Source: Andalucia godoyi And28 (Eukaryota > Protista > Jakobida). From it: a DNA stretch of 64,000 nucleotides. The position numbers were made by a program, and so were the translations under genes. Positions 17,800 through 30,109 of this stretch are shown piece by piece; position 1 is the first letter of the stretch; each line of letters starts with the position of its first letter. The stretch spans positions 124,001 to 188,000 of the forward strand of contig VRVR01000012.1 in the NCBI GenBank assembly GCA_009859145.1, written 5' to 3'. The notes below the pieces were generated by a model. It had not been told where the DNA came from, made no database searches, and saw only the letters and a list, made by a program, of their open reading frames with translations.

Positions 17800-20217
17800 T
17801 TATATGGTGTCTATGGGTTTGAAGTCAGAGACCAGCTTCACGAAAGACGGGTCCGATGTCATGAGCCGATACCGGGGGAATCCGTCGAGATCTCCCTCCA
17901 GACTCACTAGGAAATGCACCAAAAGAACCATGGCCTGAAAGACGTTGTCCTCGCCCGGAACAGTTCTCCAACCGCGATCCTTGGGCAGTACAAAGTCGAA
18001 ATACGGAGGATGCGAATGAAGCTTGCGAATCCAATACTGGTTCCGCACACGACTGTCGTCATCTTCTGGAACCGGCTCATCTGGCCTCAGGAAATGCTCT
18101 TCCTCCAGTAAATCGGGCTGACTTGATCGAGAAACAAAAATCGATAGATGGCGCAAGAAGACGTGCATGACAACTTCCGCGTCCGTGGGCAAATCCGATC
18201 CAGAAAAGTCACGGCCACTGAAAGAAGATCCAGAATTCCATTTGAAATTTCCAAAATCTTCCCACAGCTCTCGAATGCGTCCGAGAAGATATTCGCGCGA
18301 GTAGGGACGGCTTTCCTTTGGTTTCGATGAGCTCGAGGATGACTTGTTGGGTCGAAGACTCGTTTTTCCGAGAAGAGAAGAGAGCGCAACGGCTCCAGCA
18401 CGAACTATTGCGGAAGACGACGACGAAGACTTGTTCGACAACTCTGGCGGCATTCTGAAGTCCAAGTATCGCTCGAGTTCCGTCCTGTCTTTCTTGAAGC
18501 GGAGGACATCCTGCGGCAAGCAGTTAGGTGCTTGGTTCGGCAATCTGTTGACATCGCAGACGCGATTCGTCGCAAACTCATCCCACGCACTCGCGGACAT
18601 GACATGCTGCGTCGGCAGCAATGAAGGCTGTGTGATGGAGACTTTGAGTTTTGAAAGCAATGCATCGCAAGATTCCTGCAGCGCCACGATCCGACCAAGA
18701 ATGTCGTTTGATACATAATCACGCATTCGAGCAGTCCATTCATCGATCAGTGTTTCAATATGCAGTTCGCGAAAGCATTGGCGCGCGGCACGTTGAAGTT
18801 CGGAATCGGAAAGCGCGGCCATCAACTCTTTTCTTTTTGATGCTTGCAGGCGTGCATCATCAGGGGAAAGTGTGCGAATTTCATCCGAAACCTGCTGCGT
18901 CATTCCTCCAGCAGCACCAAACAATGAGTATTGCTGGGGCTGCTGATGTTGGTAAACTGAGAACGGAACTGGCGACACGCCAGGAACACCGTATAGAGGA
19001 TTTGCAACAGGGCTAGAAAACGGACTTGTGGCATTGTACGGAGATCCAGATGCCGGAATGTTCGTCGGGGCAGCAAATGACCCGTACCCCGGCGCAATCT
19101 GCGGCTCAGTTGGGGATCGACCCCTACCAGCCTGCACAAACGATGCATTTCCTCCATAACCATAGCCCGCCGCCGAAACACCACCACCAATGGGCGACGC
19201 AGAGTAACCAGGAGGTGATCCATAAGAATGAATGTTCTCGGTAGTAAAACTGTAAGCAGGTCTCTGAGGAGATGCAAAGGATGCCGCACCGAGAGACGTG
19301 GCCAAAGGCTCCATGGAAAATGAGGGCGACATATTCTGGTAAAGCCACTGTCCAGGCTGTCCATATCCAGGGCTGAAGGAAGACTGTGCGTGAAAACTGG
19401 ATTGTCCTCCGACAAAAGACGGCGACCCAGACAACGTTCCCGGCTGATGTACAAACGAATTCATGTACTGTGTGCGAGAATTCTGCTGATTGAGCATCCG
19501 ATCTTCTCGGTCAACAAACCGTAGCAGCTGCTCTGGATTCGTGATGGATTCATCGAGTGGGCTTCCTCGAGCAACAACAGCAGAGCCATTCGCGACAGGG
19601 CTTCGCAATCCCATCGGTAAATCGGAGGAAAAGGCATATCTTGTCTGCAATTGCGAGTATTTCGGAAGTGGGCTTGAGGTTTTTGAGACCGACCCTGTTT
19701 TGGCAGGCGATTGCGTCGCCACCATCACAACTCCCGGGGATGACGATGATGATTGAGATGACTGCGGAAATTGAGGAGAAGCTGTGTAGAATCCTGGAAT
19801 TCTGGAGCCGAGTAACGCACTTGGAACCTGTTTTTCCTTGCCGCCTTTCCAAAACGACGAGACCCACAACGCAGCCTTGTTCGCCATGCTTGGAAAGTGA
19901 AACGTCACAAGCGAAGGAAGAATGTCTCCTATGAAAATGAGCATTCCTGTAATTCCAACATACAAATGAAACAGGTAAAGCGTGTAGTATATTAGAAAAG
20001 CGAATCCCGGGATGATTTCTTCGTCTAGCCAATTAAAAACAGTTATGCACACCTTTGATCGGAAGAACCCGGCCAACAAAACAAACACCACTATTGACAC
20101 AGTGCACGACAACTTTGAAATTCGCGGTCTGCGAAACAGCTCCAGTCTCGACTGAACATGCTTTCGAAATTGCGGAGACTCACCTCCTGTTATCAGCTTT
20201 TTTCCAGGAGACGACAT
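17800..20217 (-). CDS. TMEM209: Nuclear envelope transmembrane protein 209 family
   Basis: Two N-terminal TMs, an S/P-rich middle, and the conserved FKWNSGSSFSGRDFSGSDLPTDAEVVMHVF and GEDNVFQAMVLL segments. Confidence 0.8.
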   Translation of the reverse strand: MSSPGKKLITGGESPQFRKHVQSRLELFRRPRISKLSCTVSIVVFVLLAGFFRSKVCITVFNWLDEEIIPGFAFLIYYTLYLFHLYVGITGMLIFIGDILPSLVTFHFPSMANKAALWVSSFWKGGKEKQVPSALLGSRIPGFYTASPQFPQSSQSSSSSPGVVMVATQSPAKTGSVSKTSSPLPKYSQLQTRYAFSSDLPMGLRSPVANGSAVVARGSPLDESITNPEQLLRFVDREDRMLNQQNSRTQYMNSFVHQPGTLSGSPSFVGGQSSFHAQSSFSPGYGQPGQWLYQNMSPSFSMEPLATSLGAASFASPQRPAYSFTTENIHSYGSPPGYSASPIGGGVSAAGYGYGGNASFVQAGRGRSPTEPQIAPGYGSFAAPTNIPASGSPYNATSPFSSPVANPLYGVPGVSPVPFSVYQHQQPQQYSLFGAAGGMTQQVSDEIRTLSPDDARLQASKRKELMAALSDSELQRAARQCFRELHIETLIDEWTARMRDYVSNDILGRIVALQESCDALLSKLKVSITQPSLLPTQHVMSASAWDEFATNRVCDVNRLPNQAPNCLPQDVLRFKKDRTELERYLDFRMPPELSNKSSSSSSAIVRAGAVALSSLLGKTSLRPNKSSSSSSKPKESRPYSREYLLGRIRELWEDFGNFKWNSGSSFSGRDFSGSDLPTDAEVVMHVFLRHLSIFVSRSSQPDLLEEEHFLRPDEPVPEDDDSRVRNQYWIRKLHSHPPYFDFVLPKDRGWRTVPGEDNVFQAMVLLVHFLVSLEGDLDGFPRYRLMTSDPSFVKLVSDFKPIDTI

Positions 20218-20338
20218 TGTTCATGTGCTCACCCTGCACCAACAATACAAAAACAGAAGGAACCGCAGCGCCACAGACTGGGAAAGAACAGCAGGAAATA
20301 AAAAAGAACAGATTTTTTTTGTTCTTCTAAAATATATA

Positions 20339-20376
<38 letters not shown>

Positions 20377-20695
20377 AAGATGTACGTGATTCACACTCAA
20401 ACTCCACAAAAACAAAAAGGAAGGAATAAGTAAACGAAAAAGTATGCTGATTTTGAGAGAGGAAAAGCGCGGGCGAAAAACAGCGTCGAACCTCTCGATT
20501 GTCGAACCCACAGCTTGTTGGCTAGGATGCAATGCGTATCGTGCAACTTCCTTGAGCGAGAGCATTCTTTTAATGACAGATCATCATCATACATAATATG
20601 GCAATTTCTTGCTGCTGTGTTTTTATTTTTATTTTTTTGATTATTCGATCTAACGGGGGATTTAGTTTCTGTGAGACGCGGGAAGAGGCAATTTT

Positions 20696-21228
20696 ATGTA
20701 CGGAGGCAGAGGAAGAGGACGTGGTAGAGGCGTCCCAGGTTTCTCTGGATATTCTGCACTCGCAGGAGCCAATTTGCCTTCTGGAAAGAATCCGCCTCCC
20801 TTGTATCCGGTATGTCATCATCCCTATCCCATCCTGTTCCCCATGCCCCGTCCGCTCTTCAATGTGTTTGAATTCTAATTGGGTGTTTGCTTACCGCCGC
20901 TGTTGTTTGTGTGTTGTGGGGGGCTTTACTCAGGAACGGGAACTGTCTGCACCATCTGCAATTTCTGAACGAGAAGTCGCAATGCTTGAAAAATACAGAG
21001 AATGGCTCGACACATTCCGATCTTCACCGTTTTCGTTTGTCACGCCTTCACATAGTATGTCGCATTTTATTCGTTGGTTATTGATCCGTTCGTTTGTTAA
21101 GAGACTGTTGTTTGTTTGTTTAGCATTGTTGCCATGGTTAATTTTATCTAACACGATTCTGCGGCCAATGCTTTGTTGCTATTGTTGTTCGTTTGTTTTG
21201 CGTTCTTTTTCTTTTCTTGGATTTCAAC

Positions 21229-21266
<38 letters not shown>

Positions 21267-21610
21267 GCAGAAAGAGTGTGCTGCAAGTTGTTACACTGTC
21301 CGATGAGTATTTTCCAAAGGAGATTGTCGATGGGTCGATGGGTCGACGGCCGCGTGAGGGAGGTGGTGGTCGGAAACCGTCAAAGCGGAAGGCGGTTGTC
21401 AGCGGTCCTGTGGAGAGCGGGGCAGAGGGAGAAGAGGAGGAGAAGACCAAAAAGCGAGAAGACGAGGATGCTGATGTGGATGCTGAACCTCTTGCAGCGG
21501 ATGACGATGAAGACTTGGATGATGAGTACATGGAGAACTTCCAGGATGACGAAGACGGCGATAATGACTCTCTAGCAGAAGGCGAGGATGAAGGCGAAGC
21601 AACGTTCTAG
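20696..21610 (+). CDS. POLR3G: RNA polymerase III subunit RPC7/Rpc31; 3 exons (20696-20809, 20934-21054, 21267-21610; 192 aa)
   Basis: N-terminal GRGRGRG, PPPLYP, SPF, FPKE, and an acidic tail ending DEYMENFQDD...EATF. Two GTATGT..AG introns give one continuous frame. Confidence 0.8.
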
Positions 21611-21836
21611 TGGAACAGAGAGAAGAAGGAAGGGAGATATGATGAATGACTGTGAATTGTTTTGTTTGTTTGTACAGATCGATAGCGGGCTCTGATTTGC
21701 AGAATAAAATTTAAAATTAAATAATATTTTATATGATATTTAAATTTAAAATAACAAGAGGGCTTCATTTAGATTTTGAAAAACATGCAGGGAAGAAGAA
21801 CAAGAATATAAGGACACATTTTCGCTCGACAACTTT

Positions 21837-24050
21837 TTATAACTGAAACAGATCGTCGCTTGTCTTTTCCATCTTTTGCTGCTGTTTAGAATCAACCGTG
21901 CGAACATTCCCCTGCTGCTGCTGCTGCAACAATCTGGCGTTGAGAAAGCTGTCAAAATCATCGTCGGCAGGCATCGCAGACGCACCAGTCGATGACGACG
22001 CCGGTGCACGCGCCAGTGCTGGAGCTGGTGCAGTGTTGGAAGAGGACGAAGCTCCGCTTCCTCTGCGAGCGAGAACTTCAAATTCATCTTCAAAGTCCGC
22101 TGGCAACGGCGCCGGTGCTCGAGGAGCAGGAGACGGTATCGAGGGAGAGGAAGAGGCTGGACCAGCGGAGCCGGAGTGTTGTGGCCGGGATTGGCTTCGA
22201 CGAGCAATCTGCCCAAACATGTCCTCACCATCATCGTCACCCACAGTTCCACCATTACTGTTGTTTGCTGCGCGACCGCCCGTCGAAATCGAGTGCGACG
22301 GCGACGCAGACGAAGCAGCGGCAGCAGCAGTAGCGAAACCGGCAGCCGGTGCTGTTGATTCTGCGAGCGTCATAGAATCGAGGAGCTGTGATGGGGTCAT
22401 GTCGGCTCGGTTCGCTGTAGATGCAGAAGTCCGCGAGGAGGAGGAGGATGATGTCGGTCCGGCAGCGGCGGGAGCATCGTTGAAGTCCAAAAGAACAGTG
22501 CCGGGCGTGGCGGCGTTGCCCACAAATCCAGTTGCACTTGCCGCTGTGTTCGCAGATCCGTTCGAGGATCGAGGAGGCGATCCGTGGCTGGGAGCAGAAG
22601 CTGGTACAGAAGCCGGTTCGCCAGCACGAGCAGCAACGTCGCCCGACATGCGCTCATACTTGTCCAATGCTCGGTTCACTTCATCGTTGCAAACAAGGAT
22701 TTCGGCCAGGGTTGCATCATCGGACACGGTCTCCAGCAGCGAAATCATACGCGGTTGCATCGCACGAACATTCCTCACAAGTTCCTGCACAAGCTCGTTG
22801 GATCGAACATCGTCCCCGGGCTCCACAGCCTGTAGAACATCGATCAGCACACCAGCGTTTTCCGAGACCATGCTCAGATCCTTTTTCAACTTCGCTGCCG
22901 CCACTTGTGGGTCTTGGGTACGCTGCATAGGCGGCTGCGCACCATATCCTGCTGCGGAGTATGGCTGTTGTGGTTGCGGCTGCGGCTGCGCGTGAGTCTG
23001 TGGGTGCACTGGATGCTGCTGCCCAGTCACCACGGCTCTTCCGTACGCATCAAACAATACACCCGGTGGCTGCTGCGGCTGTGCACCGCCATAGCTTGCG
23101 TGTTGTGCAGGATACGACGCAGCAGACGAAGATGATAACCGAGGATTGGAAACTGCCACACTTCGGACTTCAAAGAGATCTTGCGAATTCACAGGCGGAA
23201 ATCCAAATCCAAGATCTCGCACAGCCTTGTAGGTATCGCAGAAACCTGGATACTGCAGCTTCAGCGGTTCAAAACATTCATTCCACTGCACAATCAGGAA
23301 CAGAATTTTGTCCTGGACATCAGAAATTACACCTTTTTTCCGTTCTTTTTGCAACACACTCACCAAATCCTTTTGAAAATCCTTGCTTCCAACCTCTACG
23401 TAAACCGCAGGTCCGCAATTCTTCATCACCGTTTCCAGCAGCTTTTTTTTTCCAATTCCAACAAAAATCAAAACCAAGAAAAGAAAAGAAAAGAAGGGGG
23501 AAGGAGGAAAAGAGGAAAAAAGGAAGACACACAAAAGACAGAGACAGAGAGAAGCCCAGCCAAGTAAGAGGAATAAGTGCTTGATATTCATACACGCCAA
23601 AAGACCTGTTTCTGGAAGATGCAGAGGAGCAAGGGCAAGCATACCGTGAGTGCCAGCAACTGGACTTGCTGATTCTTGTGCGTCAGTCGCTTACGGATGT
23701 TCTTCATGAAATCCTTTCTATTTGGAGCCAGCCATCCAAGAAGATAACATCATGAGTATGCATGTGTTTGTATAAAATATATAAACATATATAAACATAT
23801 ATGCATGTATGTATATGCGTATGTGTGTATGTATATGTGGGTGGGTGTAGGTGCTGGTGCAGGTGCAGGTGTCAAGAGAGTGGGGGGAATAAATAAAAAA
23901 GAGCCAGAAAATGGGGGGAAACGGAGAAGGTGCATACGCAAGATCGGGATTGTTGTTGACAACGTCGCATATCTGCAGATTCAAAGGCCAGTCTGGCTCG
24001 ATAAGAAGCTCGGAAGTTGCTTTTTCCACTGCAGAGGCAACCGTTGTCAT
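21837..24050 (-). CDS. TOM1: TOM1-like VHS + GAT domain protein; 3 exons (24050-23938, 23717-23645, 23441-21837)
   Basis: Spliced VHS: VEKATSELLIEPDWPLNLQICD / AKDFMKNIRKRLTHKNQQVQLLALT / LLETVMKNCG. GAT domain NELVQELV..RAMQPRM..NDEVNRALDKYE. Both donors are GTATGC. Confidence 0.85.
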
Positions 24051-24407
24051 GAGAGAGAGTGTGTGTGTGTGTGCGTGTGTGTGTGTGTGTGTGTATCTGC
24101 GGGGTGAGAACGAGTGCGAAAGAGAGTGAGAGAATGACAGTCAGAAAGAAAACGAAGAGACGGAGGCTGAAACAGAGCAAATGCTGAGTTGCCAGCTGGC
24201 ACTCCGATTCTGTCCTAAAAGGCAAAAATAAGGGCTTCCAAATGAAAATCCCATCATTATGGAAAGTTGAAGCTCTTCTTGAACAAAAAGACTTGGGCAG
24301 GGTTATTACAACAGGCGGGAATTCCGTTGTTTTTGTTTTCGGACTTGGTGCTGTTTTACTGGCTTTTCAGTTTGTTTTGTTTTGTCATTTCTTATATCGG
24401 AAGGCTT

Positions 24408-25238
24408 TTAGGCCACAGTGGTGACTGTACTGGCACTAGGATTGGTGGATGAGGTTCCTGCAGCCGGTGTTTCCTGCGCACTGATTCTTGCCAACACGGC
24501 CTCGATTTGGTGCTTGCCGAACCTGACAAACATCCCGGACTGTGCGCTGACGGATCCGACCTCGCAGTTTTCGGCGTCTAGCTTTTCTTCCATGACCTGT
24601 TTGAGAATCCCGAGAGCAAGAGTCTCTGCTTCTTCCAGCGTCATGCTTTTGTGGTACTGGTCCTGCAGCGCGGTCTGTGCAGCCTCCGCAGCACCGCCGA
24701 TTGCCTTTGCATCATACTTGATGTAGGTGCCCGAAGGATCCGCGTGGAAAAGCTGTGGGCCGTTATGTGCATCCCATCCAGCAACGAGCAATGCCACTCC
24801 AAAAGGACGACTCATCACAGAGTCTCCACCGCCATCTCCATCGTCATCATCGTCATCTTCATTCTCGCCAAACTTGAGCGCCAGATCGCAGATCGACTGT
24901 GTGGTCGTCTCGACACGCATAGGCTCGTCATAGGTAAACCGGTGGTACTGCGTCTGCACTCGCGCATGGTCCAGAATCGTGATTGCATCTGCCGTCAGTC
25001 CAGATACCGCGCAGCCAATATGAGAGTCGATCTCGGAGATCTTCTCAATCGACGACGGTTCCAAAAGAGTCGACGTAATGCGCTTCTCGCACGCTAGAAC
25101 AACACCACCCGATGTGCAAATGCCAATCGCCGTCGACCCTAGCTTGATGGCCTCAATTGCATACTCGACCTGGAAAAGACGGCCCTCGGGCGAAAACGTG
25201 TTTACTCCACGATCGTATTCATTACGAGTCAGAAACAT
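24408..25238 (-). CDS. PSMA5: 20S proteasome subunit alpha 5
   Basis: [39 protein letters not shown] and [10 protein letters not shown], with a short acidic insertion. Confidence 0.97.
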   Translation of the reverse strand: MFLTRNEYDRGVNTFSPEGRLFQVEYAIEAIKLGSTAIGICTSGGVVLACEKRITSTLLEPSSIEKISEIDSHIGCAVSGLTADAITILDHARVQTQYHRFTYDEPMRVETTTQSICDLALKFGENEDDDDDDGDGGGDSVMSRPFGVALLVAGWDAHNGPQLFHADPSGTYIKYDAKAIGGAAEAAQTALQDQYHKSMTLEEAETLALGILKQVMEEKLDAENCEVGSVSAQSGMFVRFGKHQIEAVLARISAQETPAAGTSSTNPSASTVTTVA

Positions 25239-25845
25239 TGCGAGCGCGTACTATGTGTTAAAAGAAAGGGAAAAGAACAGATTGCGACCACGAGTGTATG
25301 CGCTGTCTTCTGGAGGGATGAATGAGTGAACAACGGGAGATTGAATGCTGAATCGCACACAGCACAGAAACTTAGGGTAATAATAATAACAACAACAACA
25401 ACAACAATTATAATAATAATAATATTATTATTATTATTAATAGTATAAAATAATAATGAATAATCGTGCTGATAACAACAAACAAATGATAACAATATTT
25501 TTTTTATTTAATTAAAAAAACTACAGATTAAAGTGTTTGGGTAGAGAAATGAAAGTCTTTTTTGACTTGACTTGAACAATGCGCTCCAAGGGGAAAAAGA
25601 GCCACCACAATCATCAATTGATGCTAACCAGGCACGCAACCGTCCGATTTTTTTCTTCTTCGTGGTTTTTTCGTTCTGCGTTTGAAAGGCTGATTTTTTC
25701 AGTTGGATTTGCGCATTGTTTTTATCATTATTATTTTTTTTAATTTTTTTTTAATTTTTTATTATTATTATTTTTTTTGAATTTTGGTTTGTGGACATAG
25801 GGGAACTGTAATTTTTTTGTTGTTGTTTTTTTTACCAGAGTGAGA

Positions 25846-26991
25846 ATGTCGTTGCTGTCACTTGGAGCTGCTCAGGACGAGCGCGAGCGCCGGGCGATAG
25901 AGAGTCGTCGAGCGCGAGATGAGGCTCGTCGGCAGAGGTTTTTGGCGGATCCAAAGGTTCGTCAGATGGGAGTGGATGCCGGTGCGCTCCAACAGCAGGT
26001 TTCTGAGAAGGAAGCGCGGATTGCAGCTGAGAAGCGCGAAGAAGAGGCTTATGCACAGTACATGGCTCTTGTGGCGCATCAGGCGAATGCGATTGATGCG
26101 CAGGTTCGCAGAGAACGGAAAGTGCTGGATGCTGAGCTTGCACAGACGTGGAAGACGCAGACCGTGGACAGTCGCCGGGAGTTTGATTTGTATGATCCGC
26201 AGGCAAAACAGCGCGATTTGCCAGCTCGTGTGTCTGATGACGATGTTCGTTGTGGGCCTTCGTCGCTCCAAAAGTTTGCCGGAGAAGACCTTGTGCAGAA
26301 GGAGAGGTTGCGAGTGCAGAGAGAGCAACTTTCCCGATGGTGTTCCACGCTTGCTTCACAGCGGCAGGAGGCATTGGAGAAGGAGAAGGCAGACAATGCA
26401 GCGTATGATGCATATGTTGCAGAAATGGCCAGGACGAGCAGTCAGATTGAACACGCCGTGTTCTCGGAAAAGAGAAGAGTTGCGGCAGAGGTTGCGGCCG
26501 ACAACAGACGTCTTGCGATGCTCAAGAAGGAGCGGGAGTCGCAGGAGCGTGCAGAAAATGAAGCGGCAGCAGAAGACGAGATTGCTCGGGTGCTTGCGGA
26601 TCCGTATTTGAATGAAGAAATGGGAACCACAACGAGCGCTGCATCGCCGAACAGGTTCAGACCGGATCATTTCAAGCACTTGCGCCCGGACCAGTATGCC
26701 GAGATTGAGGAGATGAGGAAGCGACAGATTGCGGAAAAGGAGGAGAAGGCGCGCATCGAGAAGGAACAGGAGCGCCAGTATGGCGAGTATATGAACCAAG
26801 TCAACCGATCCGCTCTCATCTGCGAACGAGAAGTCGCTCGGCAAAAGGCACAGGCTGCCAAGGAAACGAGAGAGGAACAAATGAGACAGGCAGAGGAAAA
26901 GAGAAGCCGGTACGATCGACTCTTCAATGAAACGTACGTCAATCGCGTCGACGAGTCTTTCTTTTCTCAGTTTGGTTCCACTGCTCGGTAA
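25846..26991 (+). CDS. RIB43A: RIB43A/RIBC axonemal microtubule inner protein
   Basis: FDLYDP..RVSDDDVRCGPSSLQKFAGEDL..QREQLSRW, coiled coils, and a C-terminal FFSQFGSTAR. Confidence 0.85.
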   Translation: MSLLSLGAAQDERERRAIESRRARDEARRQRFLADPKVRQMGVDAGALQQQVSEKEARIAAEKREEEAYAQYMALVAHQANAIDAQVRRERKVLDAELAQTWKTQTVDSRREFDLYDPQAKQRDLPARVSDDDVRCGPSSLQKFAGEDLVQKERLRVQREQLSRWCSTLASQRQEALEKEKADNAAYDAYVAEMARTSSQIEHAVFSEKRRVAAEVAADNRRLAMLKKERESQERAENEAAAEDEIARVLADPYLNEEMGTTTSAASPNRFRPDHFKHLRPDQYAEIEEMRKRQIAEKEEKARIEKEQERQYGEYMNQVNRSALICEREVARQKAQAAKETREEQMRQAEEKRSRYDRLFNETYVNRVDESFFSQFGSTAR

Positions 26992-27580
26992 CCGCCGCCC
27001 TTTTCCGTCTCTTCTCCTTCCACTCCAATCTGGTTTGTAGATAGCCTTCTTCCTTTTCTCCTTCTTTCTCGCTTCTTTTGTGTTGATTTCTTCTTCGTTG
27101 TTGTTGTTGTTGTTGTTGTTGTTGCTGCTGCTGCTGCTGCTTTTCGTCGTGTTGGCCACTGCTGTGCTCGCCGACTCGTGCGCATCTTGGCAACTCTCTT
27201 TTTGTTTTTGTTTTAGTTTTAGTTAAGAAGGAAATAAAGACTGTGTTCAATTCCGAATGATTCGTGGTACTACTGCTGTGTGTGCATACAGCGGTTCCCT
27301 CGCTCTCTGCACGGCGACTTCGCAGTTGACAATTGGCACACTGCAAACGGGTAGAGCAGGAAGCTGCTGTATCCGATCGGACGCACGATGGCCAGAAAGG
27401 AAAACAAGCATCTCGAAGCTCGAAGGATCCGAAAGAGCCGCGTACATGGGCGGCAGTTTTGGACGGTAGTGAACAACACCGACACTATATATATATATAT
27501 ATATTAATATTAAAAATTGAAGAAGAAGAAAAGGCTAGTGGAAAAAACAAGTCTGAAAAACCAAAAGAAAACAGCAAAGA

Positions 27581-28333
27581 ATGAAAGCTCTGGTATATGG
27601 ATCCACGGGTGCGGTGGGATCTCGTTTACTGCGAGTTCTGTGTGCCCACGTACCGTCCGACTACTCGCAAGTGCACGCAGTAGTGCGGCGTCCCACCCTT
27701 GCAACGCTTTCGGATCTGTCGACGAGTGTGGCGGACGGAACGCTAACCGAGTCCATTGTAAGTGACTTTTCTTCCGTGGAAGCGCTGACGAGCGCCGTGA
27801 ATGCGGTTTCTCCGGACGTAGTCTTCTGCTGTCTGGGCTCCACCATCCGGAAAGCAGGTTCCAAGGAAGAGTTTGTGAAGCAGGATCACGACGCGATCGT
27901 GAACGCTGCAAAAGCATCGAAAGCCTGTCCATCTGTCAAGCAATTTTCTCTTATTTCTTCCTCGGGTGCAGATGCGGCATCGTCGTTTTTCTATCTGAAA
28001 ATCAAGGGCCAAATCGAAAAGGCCGTCTCGGAATTGGCGTTTGGACAGACTGACATCTTTCGGCCGGGTATGATCACAAAGGCAAATCGAACCGAACGGC
28101 GAACCGCGGAGAAGTTCACAGAACACGTGATGCTGCCCCTTACAAGCTGGATGCTCCGTGGGCCATTTGGCAAGTACGCTCCGAATACCGCGGAAAACAT
28201 CGCGGTTGCACTGCACGCTCGTGCTGTTCAGGTTCACGCAGCACAATCAGAACAAGAACAAAAGGGAGCAGCGATCGATATCTTTCTGGCCAATCAAATC
28301 AACGAGATTGCAAAGAAATACAAGTCGACATAG
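27581..28333 (+). CDS. TIP30/HTATIP2 (YraR/Fmp52)-like NAD(P)-binding oxidoreductase
   Basis: GSTGAVG, FCCLGSTIRKAGSKEEF..DHD, SSSGADAASSFFYLKIKG.IE and IFRPG. Confidence 0.85.
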   Translation: MKALVYGSTGAVGSRLLRVLCAHVPSDYSQVHAVVRRPTLATLSDLSTSVADGTLTESIVSDFSSVEALTSAVNAVSPDVVFCCLGSTIRKAGSKEEFVKQDHDAIVNAAKASKACPSVKQFSLISSSGADAASSFFYLKIKGQIEKAVSELAFGQTDIFRPGMITKANRTERRTAEKFTEHVMLPLTSWMLRGPFGKYAPNTAENIAVALHARAVQVHAAQSEQEQKGAAIDIFLANQINEIAKKYKST

Positions 28334-29043
28334 GATTTCTGTGCTTCTCCGTGCTTCGCTTCCAGTAAACACTCCTGATACCTCTCGCAGACCTCCTTCT
28401 GTTTCGAAGGCTGTCCCGCCGACAATACCACGGATTCCCCCAATCCTCCATTTTAACTACACCCTGAATGTGAGGTGTTAACAGGGCACAAGTCATCCCA
28501 TACAGTTTCCGATTCTCGGGGCAGCCGACTTGCCCGCCTCCCATACAGATCTCCCAGACGAAACAAGGAAGAATTGCGGTTCCTGAGACGGTGCGCAACC
28601 CGGTACCATAACATCGGGAAAATTAACGATGGTCGCAGTGGCAACACAAGGAATAATGCACTAACAAGGGCTTGAGCAAACATCACGTTCTTTGGTGCGC
28701 TGTATCATGGACGCCCCGCACGAAAAGCACCTGTCGCGTACAGCAGCGTCTTTTTCAGAGGACGCCCGAAGAAGAAGGGGACTCGCACGGCCAGACGGAG
28801 GACGACGCGCACCGCAAAGAAAGGTTTCCGTCCTGCAGGCTGTCGTAATGGAATCCGAAGCTGGGTCTCGGAAGTGCGTGCTTGGCTCATCGAAGAAAAA
28901 TCGAGAGTGCCGAACACGGAGGACGCCGGGGAAACAAAGTGAACAACGCACTTGTATGTGTCTGAACTAGGAAGAAGAAGAGGCGAGCGGCGGGGGCGCG
29001 TCAAAATAATAACTGCAATTCAAAAAGAAACAGACACGTCTCT

Positions 29044-29910
29044 TTGGACTCATCATTAGTCCACAATCCAGAACAGAAAGGGAGGAGAGGGATCATGACA
29101 TTGGTCGTGGTTGACGTAGCAAAGGCAAAAAACGCCGAAGCGCTGCTGGTTGCGGCGCATGAAATGGTGTCTGCGACGTTTGTTCGTGAAGACGTTGAGC
29201 CGTATGCATTTTGGGAATCGTCTGTTCTTTATCCTCTTCCGTCAGAGTCCAGAAAAGTGAGTGTCAATTTGTTTGTCGGAATCGAGGCGGCTGACGGCAG
29301 AGTTGCTGACGGCGAGGTGGTGGGTGAGATTGTATCGCTGTGTCACTTGGAGTACTACCATGAGTCGCGCTGCTGCATGTTTGTCTATTGGGCAGTATTA
29401 CCGCGTCTTCGTAGTGGTGGGATCGGAAAGCTGACATGGGAACAATCCGTGCAGCAACTGCGTCAAAAGTACCCGTTGTTGCGTGTCATTTTTGCCGAGT
29501 GTCACGATGCCCAGATTACGGTGGACCCACTCATGGTTCCGGTAAAACGGCAAGAAAAGTTCTTCCAGCTTGGCTTCCGGTTCATCCCCGTCCAGTATTA
29601 CCTTCCCTCGCTGCACGACGATGCAGAACCGCCGGCAGGATACGTCCTCGTTGCAAAGATCATCTCCAGCAGCACTGCAGAGGAGTTGGATGCTGCGCAA
29701 AATCATGGCATTCTCGAAATGTTTTACCACGACTTGCTCACGTATGGTCTGTCGTATGCAGGAGACCGCGTCTGGGAACCACTTGCGCTCAATATGCAAC
29801 AGGTCAAGTCTCTGCGCGAACACTCACCGCACTCGTGGCTCAGGCTGCAGCAGAGGCCACCATGGACCATGCTTCCCTCTCTGGAAAACGTCGACACCTC
29901 CAACTCCTGA
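29044..29910 (+). CDS. GNAT-fold acetyltransferase-like protein
   Basis: Acetyl-CoA motif A-like YWAVLPRLRSGGIG and later FFQLGFR. The start codon is uncertain. Confidence 0.55.
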   Translation: MDSSLVHNPEQKGRRGIMTLVVVDVAKAKNAEALLVAAHEMVSATFVREDVEPYAFWESSVLYPLPSESRKVSVNLFVGIEAADGRVADGEVVGEIVSLCHLEYYHESRCCMFVYWAVLPRLRSGGIGKLTWEQSVQQLRQKYPLLRVIFAECHDAQITVDPLMVPVKRQEKFFQLGFRFIPVQYYLPSLHDDAEPPAGYVLVAKIISSSTAEELDAAQNHGILEMFYHDLLTYGLSYAGDRVWEPLALNMQQVKSLREHSPHSWLRLQQRPPWTMLPSLENVDTSNS

Positions 29911-30109
29911 CTGTCGGTTTTTCGTCCAATTATCCATTCCTACAAGCCTGTTGCTTCCTCGGAACAATGTTTTATTCTCTTTTTGCAGTCGTAAATGAAT
30001 GGAAAGACGAATCTCTTTGGATATCAAAACTTTCCCCGTTTTTCGTTTTTCTGGACCGCCTTATGACGTCTCCACTCTCACTTAGCATAAGCAAGTTGAA
30101 TCATCACAA

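Noticed and set aside
21128-21142. X-box (RFX)-like GTTGCCATGGTTAA
   Set aside because: Imperfect match, located inside an RPC7 intron and not near the ciliary gene RIB43A.
21898-22995. Long antisense ORFs (365 aa here, 307 aa at 40672, 316 aa at 50063, 326 aa at 4253)
   Set aside because: They are shadows of well-supported genes on the opposite strand, with no recognisable motifs.
28453-29004. Selenoprotein or TGA recoding
   Set aside because: No redox motif around either TGA and no SECIS-like element. All conserved genes read normally in the standard code.
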